In this document: in pieces, positions 1 to 12,603 of the stretch | Layout of the letters: the number at the start of each line of letters is the position of its first letter | How positions within the stretch are numbered: the stretch's first letter is position 1 | Assembly: GCA_010909165.1 (NCBI GenBank) | Contig: MU008179.1 | Location: 434,001 to 498,000, forward strand | Length of the DNA stretch: 64,000 nucleotides | From: Anthoceros angustus | Lineage: Eukaryota; Plantae; Anthocerotophyta | Direction: 5' to 3' | Notes under the pieces: generated by a model | Seen by the model: the letters and a program-made list of their open reading frames with translations, nothing else | Told to the model about the DNA's origin: nothing | The model's database searches: none | Position numbers and translations under genes: made by a program

Positions 1-761
1 TCCCCGCTTTGTGTATCTTAACACGAACTCGCACTCTCTTCCCACCTCCCCTTCCGGTACACCCCTCTCTCACAAGCATTGTTAATAATTTCCCACCTTG
101 TTACCGTGTTGCAATTTTATGTACCACTTCCAACTTCCAAAGATGGTTTGATGGCTTGGTGTTAAGTTGGTCCATTCTTTCTTCCTTCTCCCACCATCCT
201 AACACAATGCTTGGTCTCTCACTTCATGTACCACTTCAAAATTGCAACACTTTATGGTGGCTTGGTGTTCAAGGTGTCCTTTTCTTATCCACTTCTCACC
301 CCATCTTAACACAATACTTGGTCTCTCTCCTCTCACCTCACCCTCCTATTTATTGCCCCCTTATCACACCCTTTTATACTCTTTCACTTCTCCTCCTCCT
401 TCATGACCGTGAGAAGGACCTCCCCTATCACGACCATTTTATACTCTTCCACTATTCCTCTTTCAACTTGCTTGTTACAATGACCTCTCTCTGCCTGCGT
501 TCCTTCCTTTTACCTCCTTTGCATATACTAATATATACATATATATGTTTGTAGGCTTCAAGACATAAGTATGTGTACGCTTTATGTACACATCCATCTT
601 ATACTTCTATTATATTAGTGTATTTACATGCCTCTTTGTATAATGATATACGCACGTATATAGGCATCAAGACTTGTTTATATAATAATATATATGTGCT
701 AACCCTTACGTCACTCTCATACCTTACATATCTAAGTGTTTGATTTTATTGACAATTTAAA

Positions 762-3230
762 TCAAATTTTTGGACACTTCAATCGTCCTCTATCCTTGCA
801 CCTTTGTTTCCACGATGCAATACGAACTCCACGTGATATGGGCATATGCGTCGCGTGCACCACCAACATGTGCCTCGAATCGGGCGACGCGTTGGTGACT
901 CTTGGACCAACACCAATGGTTTCGTGGTTCCTCCACATCTTCCTACACCTATCCAAATGACCTCTATAACCACTTTCACACCATGTCTTTAAAATACAAT
1001 GCTGGGCTGCAATTGACCATTCCTATGTCACTTGGTCCACCCCTTCGCCAACATCCCACCTTTTCATCCTCTTGCAGCCTTCAACACCGTTGTCTTTGCT
1101 TGACCCTCTTCGCCACCTCCTCGTTTCGTGTGGTCCACCTTGTGGTGGCATTCGACCCACTAGCCTCAATAGCCCTTCACTCGGCCCCATAGGCTGCCAA
1201 ATCACCACTTCCACAATTACAGACGGCAAGCGAATAGCATTCAATCTCTCGATCCGGGTTGCCACCCTACTCACGCTTTTGACACGGATCGTGTGATACG
1301 CCTTGTGTGGCACGCCATCACACCTCCGGGATCCCCACCATCCACGTTGCCTCCGGCATCACTTGACGTGACGCTCCCTGTTGGCACCTTCCTCCATCTT
1401 CCTTCTCTCCACCGGGTTACTGCCTTCCTTCACGACGGCCTTCACCTTCCACCGTTTTCCCTTCTTCCCTGCCATGCACACGCATCACTCCACGCCCCTA
1501 TAGCGAAACCTACATATCACAACCAAGCATTCCATTAACCGTCAACGACTATTTTACCACTCGATTCGATCTGTCCAATCCATGCCTTGCTGCCCACTTC
1601 AACTCATCCAGGTTGCGCCCCTCCCACGTTGGACATACCGTTTCTCGAACTCCTTTGCTCCTCTTGGACCAAAGGGATTCGTCCCATGCTCGTGCTTGCA
1701 ATTCTTGCCCGACGGCGGCTGTGGTGTTGGCCACACACACCATGCTTCGCGTCACCACGGCTTGCGCGCCTTTCTCCATGCCTTCGTTTCACATTAGGCG
1801 GATGCAACCATTTTGCATCCTTCCTTCTCATGCACTTGCGCACCTTCTTGCCCACATTGTGGTTCCTTGTCCGCGATGCACCGCAAACTGGCCACAATAT
1901 CCTCGCGCTCTATACTTGCAAACTCATACTCTACCTTCCTCACTCTTTCGCAAACTTCGTGGCTCGACCATGGCAGATCTCCATTTTGCACACACTAGCT
2001 CCAACACACGCTGGTGGAAGGCCTTCCTCACTCGTCCTTCCTCATCGGACGACTCTTCATCCTCCTCCTCATTCTCTATCCACCCTCCATCGCATAACCG
2101 CTGGCTACCATGTCCACCACGCCCATGTAGCTTGACAACACGCCATGACATCGTCTAATGGCTTACCGGCCGTGCTCCAATTCTCCAATTTCATGTCTGG
2201 CAATGTAGTCGGCATGTCTTCCTCGACCTCGATCCGCCATCTCCACATCTTCCTCCTCGCTCCCCCCATCCTCGCTACCGGTGTCCTCCTCCTCACCGCC
2301 CTCCTCACCATCATAGGCATGCGCTCCTTGGCCCTCCTCCGCAACCGCGTCCACCAGAGACCAGCCTCCACTCCCACTGGAGTCTCCTCCCCTCAAAGGC
2401 TCCCTCCCGCCACGTTGTTGGGGTTGTCCGCCGCCACCGAGCGAAGGTCCACAAACGTATGCCATCTCTCTCGGCAGCTGTGGTCACCCTCTTGTGCACC
2501 ACCACCATGCTCCTCAAGTTGGACACTCAAGCTCCAGACTAAGGCCAATGTCCTCGTTCCTCCGGATGTCGCCCATCCTCCTCCGAGCTTTTGGAATCTC
2601 TCCTGCAGAAGCTGTAGCGTTAGCTCCCCACCGTTGGAGACACCCACTCCACTTCCGGCCGCCACGAGCATCGCCCGCCCCCAGACTCCACTCATGAAGG
2701 TCCCCTCCGGCACCCTCCACCTCTCGCCTTCCGCCCCACGCCATGGGCATCCACCCTCCACTCTGGAATCCTCCACGACCGCGCCCACCTCACTTGCCGC
2801 TTCCACCATCCCCGTGCTTCCATCCAGGCCGCTTCTCCCCGCTGCGCCAAGTCCCTTGCTGGACCATTTTCCGGCCTCTCCTCTCGGCGGGCGCAAACGC
2901 CGTGATGGGCCCCCACCCTCCTCCTTCCGGCGTTATGGGCACGACATCCGCGCGGATTGGCGGCGTTGTTCGGCTTAAGCTTGACCAAATCCTCAAAGTC
3001 AACGTCCCAAACCATGGTCGAGGAAGGCCAACCGAGTCACCACATGCACAATCGACAACGCGACAAAGTGCAGGAACTGGGACGGCGATGGCCGACAGGC
3101 GGTGAGGTAACCTGTGGTGATGGGGAAGAGGGGCAAGAGGAGGGGGAGGAGGCGAAGTCCTAGGGCATGCCGGTGGCTCATGCCATGCATGCTTTTCCGG
3201 GCACAAACTCGAGTTTGCGCCACCACCTAT
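762..3230 (-). pseudogene. Frameshifted ORF of unknown function in CACTA segment, copy 1
   Basis: Purine-rich minus-strand frames (e.g. IENEEEDEESSDEEGRVRK, ELTLQLLQERFQKL) end at the stop at 762. The same frames occur at ~13470-15900, and a diverged homolog lies at ~29780-32215 (+). Confidence 0.45.
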
Positions 3231-3344
3231 ATGTGTACATGTGGCATTCACATGCCTAAAACACCGCAAGCAACCCGGCGATTGTCCACCACACCATTCG
3301 CACATATGGCATCCATGCATGTTTGGCATATATAGGCATCCGTT

Positions 3345-4115
3345 TATGACGATTTTCGTAAGGACAAATTTAGCCCATTATGGATTACCATATCCTCATC
3401 GGAGGAAAATAATTTTTGCCATTGTTCATGCGCATTTCGTGGTCCAAGGACAAAACATTCATTATGTATGGTCATTTCGTGACCCAAGGACAAATGTTCC
3501 TCATTCTCATGACCATGCCTCGTGGTCAATTTTGGCCATTCGGATGACCATTTGAAGCCAAGGACAAATGTTTCCCATTATGGAAGATCATCGTGTTCAC
3601 ATTTATTTGCCATTGTTCATTACCATTTCGTGGTCCAAGGACAATACATTCCATCATGAAGTCATTCGTGACCCAAGGACAAATGTCATTCGTTGACCAT
3701 GTCGTCCGGTCCATTTTTTGCCATCAATGACAATTTCATTAGACCAATGTTTCCCATTGTGATGACCATTCGTAAGAATGACAATTGGTTGACATTTGAT
3801 GACATTCTCCATGACATATGCATTTATCAAATCGTGACCCAAGGACAAATGTTGGATCAATGCCATATCGTCAAGGCCACTTGGCCATTTTGATGACCTT
3901 TAAAGCTGGGACAAATTTTTCCTTGTGGATTGCCACGTGACACAAGGACAAATGATTTGTAGACCAGCATTCCTTCATCCAAGAACAAAATTTTCCATTA
4001 ATCATCCATGGGGTGACCCAAGGACAAGTGTTCGCAATGCCATTTTGGTAATGCCCAGATGTGGCATGCCATTTTGGCGGGCAAGAGAGAACCGCCATGC
4101 TCCAAGGACCATGCA
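3345..4115. repeat. Array of ~10 short (A/G)(C/T)CCAAGGACAAA repeats, resembling CACTA subterminal/internal repeats
   Basis: Motif or close variants at ~3360, 3443, 3483, 3558, 3632, 3671, 3837, 3942, 3978 and 4016. Confidence 0.85.
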
Positions 4116-6949
4116 TGTTCATTTGATATATATGCTTTGCCCTTCTCGATACCACATGCCACCGATCCAGCCAAAGGCCGCGCATTCATAACCCCGTGAC
4201 TTATGACGGTGCATCTCCAACTTGTCCAGGTGTGTAAGAAGAGTAAGATTTAAGCCGGCCATGGCATGGTAGAAAACATGCCATGTGATGGTCGTGTGAA
4301 TTGACGACGCTCCGCTGTTCTATCTACTTCATCTTCTACACCATTGTGCAAGGACGGTGGTGGCACGTGAGAGCCATTCAAGCAAACTAAATGCCCCCAT
4401 TCATTATGCCATGAATGAAGGACCGCCGTATGTGAATTTGCCATATATATGCCAATTCGCTCTCCCATATAATGATGTGCATCGCTCGAGACTCCTGCAT
4501 CCACCAATCAAGCGTCACATGGCGTAACGTGTCATGTATTCACACCTTGGGCAGGACGCCAAGGTGACGGCTCGACGCCACTGGCGCCGCACTGCCGCAA
4601 AGGATATCCGGACCTTGGGAGACATGACATCTACCGTGTTCGCTCTTGCCCGCGCCACCATCACCCTCCATGAATTTACCGCCAACCGCCACTGCTCGAT
4701 TACCGCCATGCCACCGCCATGTCTCCTTTCTCACATGTAAGGAACGGCTGAAATTCAAGATCCTCTCATCCGCAACCCGATGTGGCCTCGGAGGACAAGA
4801 GGCTGCCTAAGGTCGTCGTGTTCCGCTTTAAATGTCACCACCTTGCCCTCGCTTCACGCTACTACCTTTGTTTTGGTCATCTTCGCATCCGGGCGAGCTT
4901 GTCTTCCAGGAAACACGGTCGCTCTACCCGCCATCTATGGCGGACATGTGCAATATGCCGCAACGAGCCCGCCGAAACCACCGTGGGTATCCACGGTAGC
5001 TCGCAGACGAGGCGTGTGTGCATGTCTCCATCTTCACCGCAACGGAAATACCGCGATGGCCATCAAGGATCATATGGGAATGTTGGGGCGCTGTGTCCCG
5101 CCTTCACGGTGTGCCGCCTCCTTTTGGCTATCCTCACGGGGTCTTCCTTCTAGCGAGGTGGTCCTTCTACCGTGCGGCATGGTGTTCGGTGACCGCACAC
5201 GTATGGATTGGGGTTCGGGCCGGAGGCGCGCATGTGAACACTTTTGTTTGGCCCTTTTCTCCAACCTAAAAGGGTGGTGTCCGCATTGTGGATCATTTGA
5301 AGTGTTTGCATCGTTGTTGCGCCGGAAACCGACGGCCATCATCAGGGCCGCAGCTCGCCAATGACGATGGCCATCAAGGATGATGGACGGAGGTTGCTCT
5401 CCTCTTGTCGGCCATCAAGGACCTGGTATGGAGTGCCACCGCCTTGGCTCTGCCGCCTCGATCACGGCAGTCGTGGTGACTAGGGACGGTTTATACCTCA
5501 CAATGTGGGGTATATGATTACCGTAATTAAACGCTGGGATGGGAAAGTCCTTCTTCTTTGATCACTACGTGTACTTCTCATGCCGTCACCCAATAAAACT
5601 CGGCGACTGGCCCCGCTGGCGGAATGGATGGGTATGGTTTGGTGCCCGCTCATACCGTTGACCGACATGACAAGTCACCGTTATGCACGCCCTTCCGAGT
5701 CACGCGTAATAAACAAAGTATGGTGATTGGTGCTATAGCTCTTGTCTCCTCCCTCCTAGATGCACAAGGCATTCTCTAGATTCCGGTCCATTGCATACCT
5801 CGATGGAGAGAATTGGCAAGGATGCGGTGGCAAGCCTCGGAAGTTGAAGGCGAAGGGAGAGAGAGAGAAGGTAAGGGATGTACACGCCACCCTCCCGAGG
5901 GACCGATCCGCCCCGGGTGATGCGAAGGGCAAGAGGAAAGTGGAGGAGCAATCGTCGGCGACGGCATCCGGGCGCCGACGGAGTGCCGCAGCCAAGCCAC
6001 ATTTCCTCCATGGGAAGAAGAGGCCGCATTCAGCTACAATTACAGAGGCCACGATCCAAGGAGGAGGTTGCAAATTGAGTCGCCTGCTTGGATAGAACAA
6101 ACCGCCGATGTGGGGCTTCACGTCCAAGCGCTGCCACGTGGCTCAAGCTACACACTTCACGAATGGAATTGGGATGCGTTGACGAGAGAGATGGAACGCA
6201 CTCATTCGGGTTGCCCTTTCACGTGAATGGCGACGCAACATGGGAGCTTTACAGAGACTTTGAGACCATGAGCTCAACACTATTCCTTGCCGTAGATGAA
6301 GTGGAAATGAAGGAGGTTGTTTACTCCAAGGGGGAAGGCGCCTCCTCCTGAATTTTTTGCTCTACCTTTGCTTGCAAGCTTAGGACGTCCAGGGCCGTTG
6401 TCAAACTTTGCAGATTGTGTGTAATCAACTTTAACACAAAACACGCATCCCCAGATGCAATGACTAACACGCATGTGAACCATCCCCGACCGTTGGTGCC
6501 GACCACCTAGCTAGCCAGCGCGCAAATCCTCCCTTTCCATTGCAGAAGTCACCCCTACACTACGCCCGCCCGCGGGAAGAGTCGGCTAACGCTTGACATA
6601 ACGCCCGGAGCTTCCACCGCTAGCTTGCACCACCGCGCGAACATTGCGGCATCCGCGTTTCGCCAACCGTTTCACCGTCGCCGAGTTGGGATTGGAAGAC
6701 GGTGGTGGCTCGGTCGCATTAAATGTCCAGGCGCGAGGTTCGCAGCCCCGTCTCGGCGTGCATCGCTCGGCGTGCTTTGCCCTCGATCGACTTACCCGCC
6801 GAGGGGTCATCACGGGATCTCCATATTCCACGCGCTTTGTGCTTCCGTCCATGGTTTCGAAAGCACGCCTCCCACGTGTCCTGTGTTTATGGGTCATGAA
6901 GTTGATAGCACTGGGGACGGGCGTTCGGATAACGGATGTACCACCTTTG

Positions 6950-9130
6950 TGGGCCGTGGTTGCCGCCTACGATCACGACCTCGGGAGGATGCCACGAAAT
7001 GCGGTGTACATGTATTGTCCCCGCCGCTGGTGTCGCGAGCTCGCAGCTCGTATTCGCACACATTTCAAGAGAACGTCGCGCCACCGCCCGTCGCGGCCGT
7101 GAGTTCTCGCATCAATGGCCAGCAAATGCACTCCAATTCTAGCTTTAAGGTTTTTTTGGTCGGCGAGCCACGAGCATAGAAGAGCGGCTTTGGCGCCTCA
7201 CACCACGGATTCGGATACGGGCTCGATGGGTCCAGGGGAACCAGCGTGGCCATCCTACCGACCACACTAGTAGTTCCGACGACGAAAGTATGGATGAGGG
7301 TTCGGAGGTGATGATATGCCCGGCGCACATGCGGGAGTTGGAAGCCACGGATGTTGCAAAGGCGGCAGGATGGAGTCCGTGAGCTGTCGACGGCCGCCGT
7401 ATACCACATTGAAGAGGAAGTCCAATCGAAAGAAAGCGGCTAAGCGCAACATCGTTGTGCTGTGTGGCAAACCATGTATGACATCGACGCCGTAACATCA
7501 CTTTTAAAGCTCTTAAGTGTGGATATTTTGCGCCCGAACAAGCCGAAGGACATGTACGAGGCAAAAGTGTTGCACATGTTTGGGCCAAGATACGTGAAAA
7601 TCCATGCTTGTGAAAAGATTGTATTCTATTCGTGGGTGAGTACGCTGGCAGCCCATTGCCCACAGTGGCACGCCGTACAAGGAAGGGTTTGATGAGCGAG
7701 ACGCCTCAAGGTCCTCCGGCATTTCCTCTAAAGACGATTGAAACGCATGTTGAATAGGAATAATGATGACTTGGTACGTCGGGAGGCAAAGCGAGAATGG
7801 GGACATGTCCATGATGGCGATACCCCAACATGGAGAGTATTTGATGCGCTTGAAGGGTTCGGGATGAACCTCGCAACTTGAGGTTGGCATTATGCATGCA
7901 CGGCTTCAACCCCTTTGGTCATGTGTCCGCCAACACGTCCATATGGCCGTTATGCTATTCGCTCACAACATGCCTCGGCTTGGCACAAAGGACCCATGTC
8001 ATCATGCCTCTCATTGTACCAGACCGGCATGGTAAAAATTTTGATGTTTATATGGCGCCCGGTAGAAGAACCGGAAGAGTTGGAGAGGGTGGACATGGAA
8101 GACTTTTCAATACCGTGAACGATCCTAGGAGGCATTTTAGGGGCAGGCCGAACGCCTCATTACCTGTGGTTGGGCACCGATCGGATTGCAAGTGAAAGGG
8201 ACCCGGCGTGTGGATTGGTCGGACTGGATTCCGCTATTCTCATCAATTAAAAAGCGTTTATGTTGGCAAGAGGTGGTTGCCCGGCGATAGCGACGGTGGA
8301 AGACATGGATCGGCACGATGGACGGCGGAACTCCCCCACCCGTGCCACCAACGCTTGATGATGTGGTGATGAGATATGGTACGCAGAGAAGGTGCGCCAC
8401 CAGAGATCCGCATGAGGAAATTTTGGAACGCGGATGTCTTCTGCTTAGGGTGCTCCCATATTGGCCACCCTTGTGATGGCGCCAAAGGATGTCATGCACG
8501 TGAAAAGAACAATGCAGAGGCCATATGGCACACTTTGACGGAGAGCGAGACGACTAGCATCAAGGATGGACATGGAAGCCAATGGAGGGAAAAGGTGGTT
8601 GTGGCCGGTAGGAGAGGCCATTGCCCCGAGGCGCCTTACGCGAAAGACGACCTCCGCCAAGTCATAGAGAGAATTAAACGCATAAAGCCCATGTGCTATG
8701 GGTCTAACATAGGAGCGAAATTAGAGGGGGCAAAGTGCTTGAAGTGCCATGATCGCACATCATGCCGGAAATCATCTTCCCATCGTCCTTCTGCATAGAC
8801 CCGAGGTGTACAAGGCGGTTGTGAAATTGGGTCGATCAGAGATGGATTTTGCCGGACAATACCGGCCATGAAATTCAAGCACAACGAGAAGAGGTCAGGG
8901 TGATGTCTCTCGAAAAGCAATTCCTCCAAAGGTCTTTGATATATCAACCCACCTCATAATACATTTAGTGGACGAGGTGGCTGCATTGGGCCCAGTGCAC
9001 ACCAGGTGGATGTACCCGGTGGATGTACCCGGTTTACATCGATGGTCCATTTGTGTGGCCCCAACTATCTACAAGTCCTGGCTGCCCAGAGGATCATCTA
9101 CTTCAACCAAATTAACCTTTGAATCTGGCA
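6950..9130 (+). pseudogene. CACTA TnpD transposase remnant (transposase-associated Cys domain, Transposase_21, DUF4218), copy 1
   Basis: Motifs across frames: VYMYCP..C, YVKIHACEK, RLALCMHGFNPFG...SIWP, KNFDVYMAP, DVMH.EKN, GLK.HD-like, DEVAALGPVHTRWMYPV. Confidence 0.9.
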
Positions 9131-9449
9131 CCGTTTCTACATTTTCCAAAGTCTGCCTTTCCGTGTCACCAAAGTCATCACCTTCAACTTGCAAAACAGA
9201 AAACGCTGGAGCCTCGTCATGTGGTAGTGTGCCGCTTTTCATCCCATATCGTCAATGCGCTTTCAACCGGCCGCCCGGGTCTCATGGAGTCCTTCTATTC
9301 TCGACCTTCTTTCCAAGCAAGCTATACACTTGCATTTTCCTATCAATGCCACCCTCGCATGAATGACGTGGAAACGAGCACGGACGCAAACGGGTCTCAA
9401 ACGCTTGGCCATCACCGCCTGCTCGATGAATGTTATGAGTAGTTAGACG

Positions 9450-9995
9450 CAAAACACGATTGCGTGTGTTAAAGTTGAGCGGATTTGAGGATTACGAACG
9501 CCGCAAACGGAGCTCTTCATTCTCCTGAACGGACTATTACACGGATTGTATGCATGGCCATCACAAAGTCGCGCCCACATTTATATAAATACGGAGGATA
9601 ACATCGCCGATATGGTACTAAGTCACTCCCTCCTTATAAACATAATAAACATAGAGAAGGACTAGAGAAGGACGGCAGTGACATAATCACCTTAGCAGCT
9701 AAGAGGCAAAGTTAATCACAAAATAACACTTTGCAAGCTTAAGTGGGATATTGAGACCGAAAGGATGAATCAAAATGTATTGGATCCAATCGCTCAGTCA
9801 CTTAGTACGTAGTTCTATAAGCATCTGTGTGTCTAGAGTCGAGTGGGAGTGAGATAGAACATCTCTAACCCATCAAAGATAAACTAGGGTTAATTAGAAG
9901 TGTCGCTTCGATAACTTGATAAGTGAAAAATTTTGTTATTCTTTGAAACGAATGCAAGAGTCAAGTCTCGAGTTTGTCTGCTTTCTTCTCTTTCA
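9450..9995 (+). mobile_element. Ty1/Copia 3' end: RNase H C-terminus, PPT-like AAGTGGGA/GAGTGGGAG, 3' LTR ending TTTCA at 9995
   Basis: YINTEDNIADM.TKSLPPYKHNKHREGL at ~9585-9665 (one frameshift). Purine tracts at 9741 and 9841. LTR start is either 9749 or 9850. Confidence 0.65.
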
Positions 9996-10589
9996 CTCCT
10001 AGGTGTTGTACCAAAGGCAACTTTGTTGTGGCATAGCTAACCTAAGATTATGGTTTTGTTCGCCATACAACCCAAAGAACACCATCGTATCACGAAATAG
10101 CTCATGGAGACAAAGAAGTGGTCAAGAAAAGAAGAAGAAGAAGAAGAAGCGTGAACTCAAGAACCAGCAGCAAATACCGGTAGCGCCATTGAACTGTACC
10201 TCCGTAAGAACCTCAAGAAGAAGAAGAGGAACCCGCAGAGAAGAGGTTGTGGTGACTCGGTGCCCGAGGAGCAACCGGGGTTCCGCCTTGCCCCTCGCCC
10301 TTGTTTAACCCCGATACTCCCTACTCACGCCCTTCGTGTTCTAAGTCCAGATTTCAGATGTCTCCGAAGAAGAAGAAGAGGAAACTCAAGAAAGAGAAGA
10401 GGTTGTAGGTGACTCCCGAGGGGAGCAACTGCTGTCTGGCCTCGTTCTCGCCTCTCGTTTAACCTCGATACCCTACCATCCCTTCGTGTTCTAAGTCATT
10501 TTAAGCATGTCTCGAAGAAGAAGAAAGAGAAGGTCATCCCACAGAGGAGCAACTCGAACGCCACCGGGCCAAGGTACCAACAAAGCACC
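9996..10589 (+). pseudogene. NOP58: NOP58/NOP5 3' remnant (last intron and Lys/Glu-rich tail)
   Basis: cctaggtgttgtacca...caactttgttgtggcat.gctaacctaagattatggtttt and SGQEKKKKKKKRE match 58632-58800, which follows recognisable NOP58 exons. Confidence 0.75.
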
Positions 10590-12603
10590 TGTGAAGGTGG
10601 TTGTCTTACCTCTTGCTGCTTTTGTCGTCAGATCATCCATGAGAACTTGATCAACGCTCCCGCCTCAAATAGTGCCTCATTAACCCCGAGTTCCTTCTCC
10701 GCAGTTGTAGAGAGGTTATGGCTATTAGAGCCCTAGTTAGCACGTTTGAAGATTATACTTTGATTATTACTTAAGCATGTGATATGAATAGGCATCTTAG
10801 ATTAAGTTTTTATAACTACTTTTATATGCTCTTCAAAAACATTGTCTTGGTTCACTTTTTTTTCAATTCATACACTCTTTGTTCTACGCTTCCGTGAAAT
10901 CCATGTGCCTTCACATGGTATCAGAGCCATACAATCGTTGATGTCAATTTGTAGTATTCTAGATTCTGATTAGGATTAGGTTAGAAATCCTGGATGTGGT
11001 CACCCCCACACAGAACGTATAAACACATCAAATATCCTCGAACAAATGTTTCTTCACCCTCAAACATGGCCTCAAGAACACCTCCTCAACTACTCTCAAA
11101 GAATACCTCCACGATAACAACAACAATCAACAACACAATTAAGATTGATTTTAAGGAAAAGACATTCTCAGAACGACAACATTTGGTCCATGCGATGCTG
11201 CCCATTCTTGAGGACAATGACCTCGACAACACGGATGGCACTTATCCCAAACTCACAACAAGAACAAATCCAAAGATCGCATGGATTTGACGGAGAAGAC
11301 CGATAGAAAGCAAGAAATGTGATCTTATCTCGACTTGATAGACCATCCGCCATCACGTGATGTGGGCTGTAGATGCAGCCATAGCATGGACCAACCCTCT
11401 CTACGACGCAGAGATGCAATGAGCGTAATAATGCAACAAAGGCATTTTACCAAATGCGTATGGTGAAAGTGAAGTCGCTTTCCGAACACATAAAGAAGTT
11501 CGTGGCAAGACGGCTCGATTGGCATCTTGTGGGATGACGTTGATCGAGGCTCAAGCAGCCATAGCTTTGCTAAGTTCTCTTCCCGACGCTTATCGACCTT
11601 CAAGACGACACAAAATGGAGTCATAAACAAGCACAACTTGCGCCCAAAAGTGGGCAAGGTTCGATTTCACCACATCATAATTGGGGCTCTCATAGAGGAA
11701 GAAGCCATACGTGGTCAAGCATCAAATGCCATGCCCCAAGGTCAAGCTTCCTTTGTAGCACGAGGTGTAGGGAGAGGAGGACGCGGACGAGGCCATCCTC
11801 CTTATAACAACAGGCCATCTTCATCATCTTCAGCACCAAGGAGGAAAGGAGCCTGCCATTGGTGCCAAGTAGAAGGCCATTACAAAAAAAAGTGTCGTAA
11901 GAAAAAGGCTGGAGAGCCTAGAAGAGGACTGCCACCTTCAACAAATATTGTACAACCAAAATCACAAGTACTCTTAGCAGTATATTTGGCTACCTCCAAG
12001 AATGACACATGCAGTTGATACATTGATAGTGGAGCTTCAGCTCACATTTGTCATACAAGATCCTTCTTTTCATCTTACCACCCTTGTGAACCAGGCATAT
12101 GTGCAACTCCCAAGGCATAATCATGCAGAGAAGTGTTCCATATTCTCAAGCCTAAGCGGTGTGGCGGCCGTCAATGGCTTATTGAAGCCGTTCGAGAGCC
12201 ATCTTTGACCTTTTGGAATCTCACAAATATTAGGCGAAGCTATTTCATCGGCGACTACATCAAGGAGTGACACGATAATCAGCTAGCATTCTGGTGTCAC
12301 TCCTATGAGGGGCCGTCGTAAACCCAATCAACTGATCTTCGTATCTTCTTGAGGCACACGCATGTGCACATATTCCCAAACAACCCGTCAGAAGCTTGAC
12401 GACAAGGCCAGCAAGATGATGTTTGTGGGATATACTGAAGGAATCAAGGGATATAAGTTGGTGAACCCCGAGACTCGGGTCACGTATTCAAGGAGTGTGA
12501 TTATTGAGCAATTTAGGCACGGATAGCGGAGAGGAGAGAAATGGACCATCGTACAGCGTCTGAACCGGTCCAGAAAGGTTGCAATTCCTTTGGATTGACC
12601 TTG
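10590..12603 (+). mobile_element. Ty1/Copia 5' part: LTR 10590-10915, Met-tRNA PBS, gag, zinc knuckle, protease, integrase/SH3 remnant
   Basis: LTR bounded by TGTGAAGG...CCTTCACA. PBS TGGTATCAGAGCC at 10916. CHWCQVEGHYKKKC (~11855), YIDSGASAH (~12017), MFVGYTEGIKGYKL (~12418). Confidence 0.9.

Larger units (their letters stand above)
1..9357 (+). mobile_element. CACTA/En-Spm-type segment, copy 1 (left end lies before the window; right part replaced by Copia sequence)
   Basis: Colinear with ~12710-21968, sharing the same subterminal ttgcaac/cttaacac repeats, CCAAGGACAAA array and TnpD motifs. Homology ends after tatcaatgccacc(g)ctc at ~9357 and ~21968. Confidence 0.85.

Noticed and set aside
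9-554. 181-aa Leu/Ser-rich ORF at the window start (and 12805-13264 equivalents)
   Set aside because: It overlies pyrimidine-rich subterminal repeats, and the frame is not conserved between copies.
1582-1797. CSC..F..DG..C.H (SWIM-like) in a plus-strand frame
   Set aside because: Not preserved in copy 2 or the diverged copy, and other evidence places the coding strand on minus.
3345-4115. Regularly spaced repeats resembling a CRISPR array
   Set aside because: Repeats are short and degenerate, spacers are similar to one another, there are no cas genes, and the context is a eukaryotic TE.
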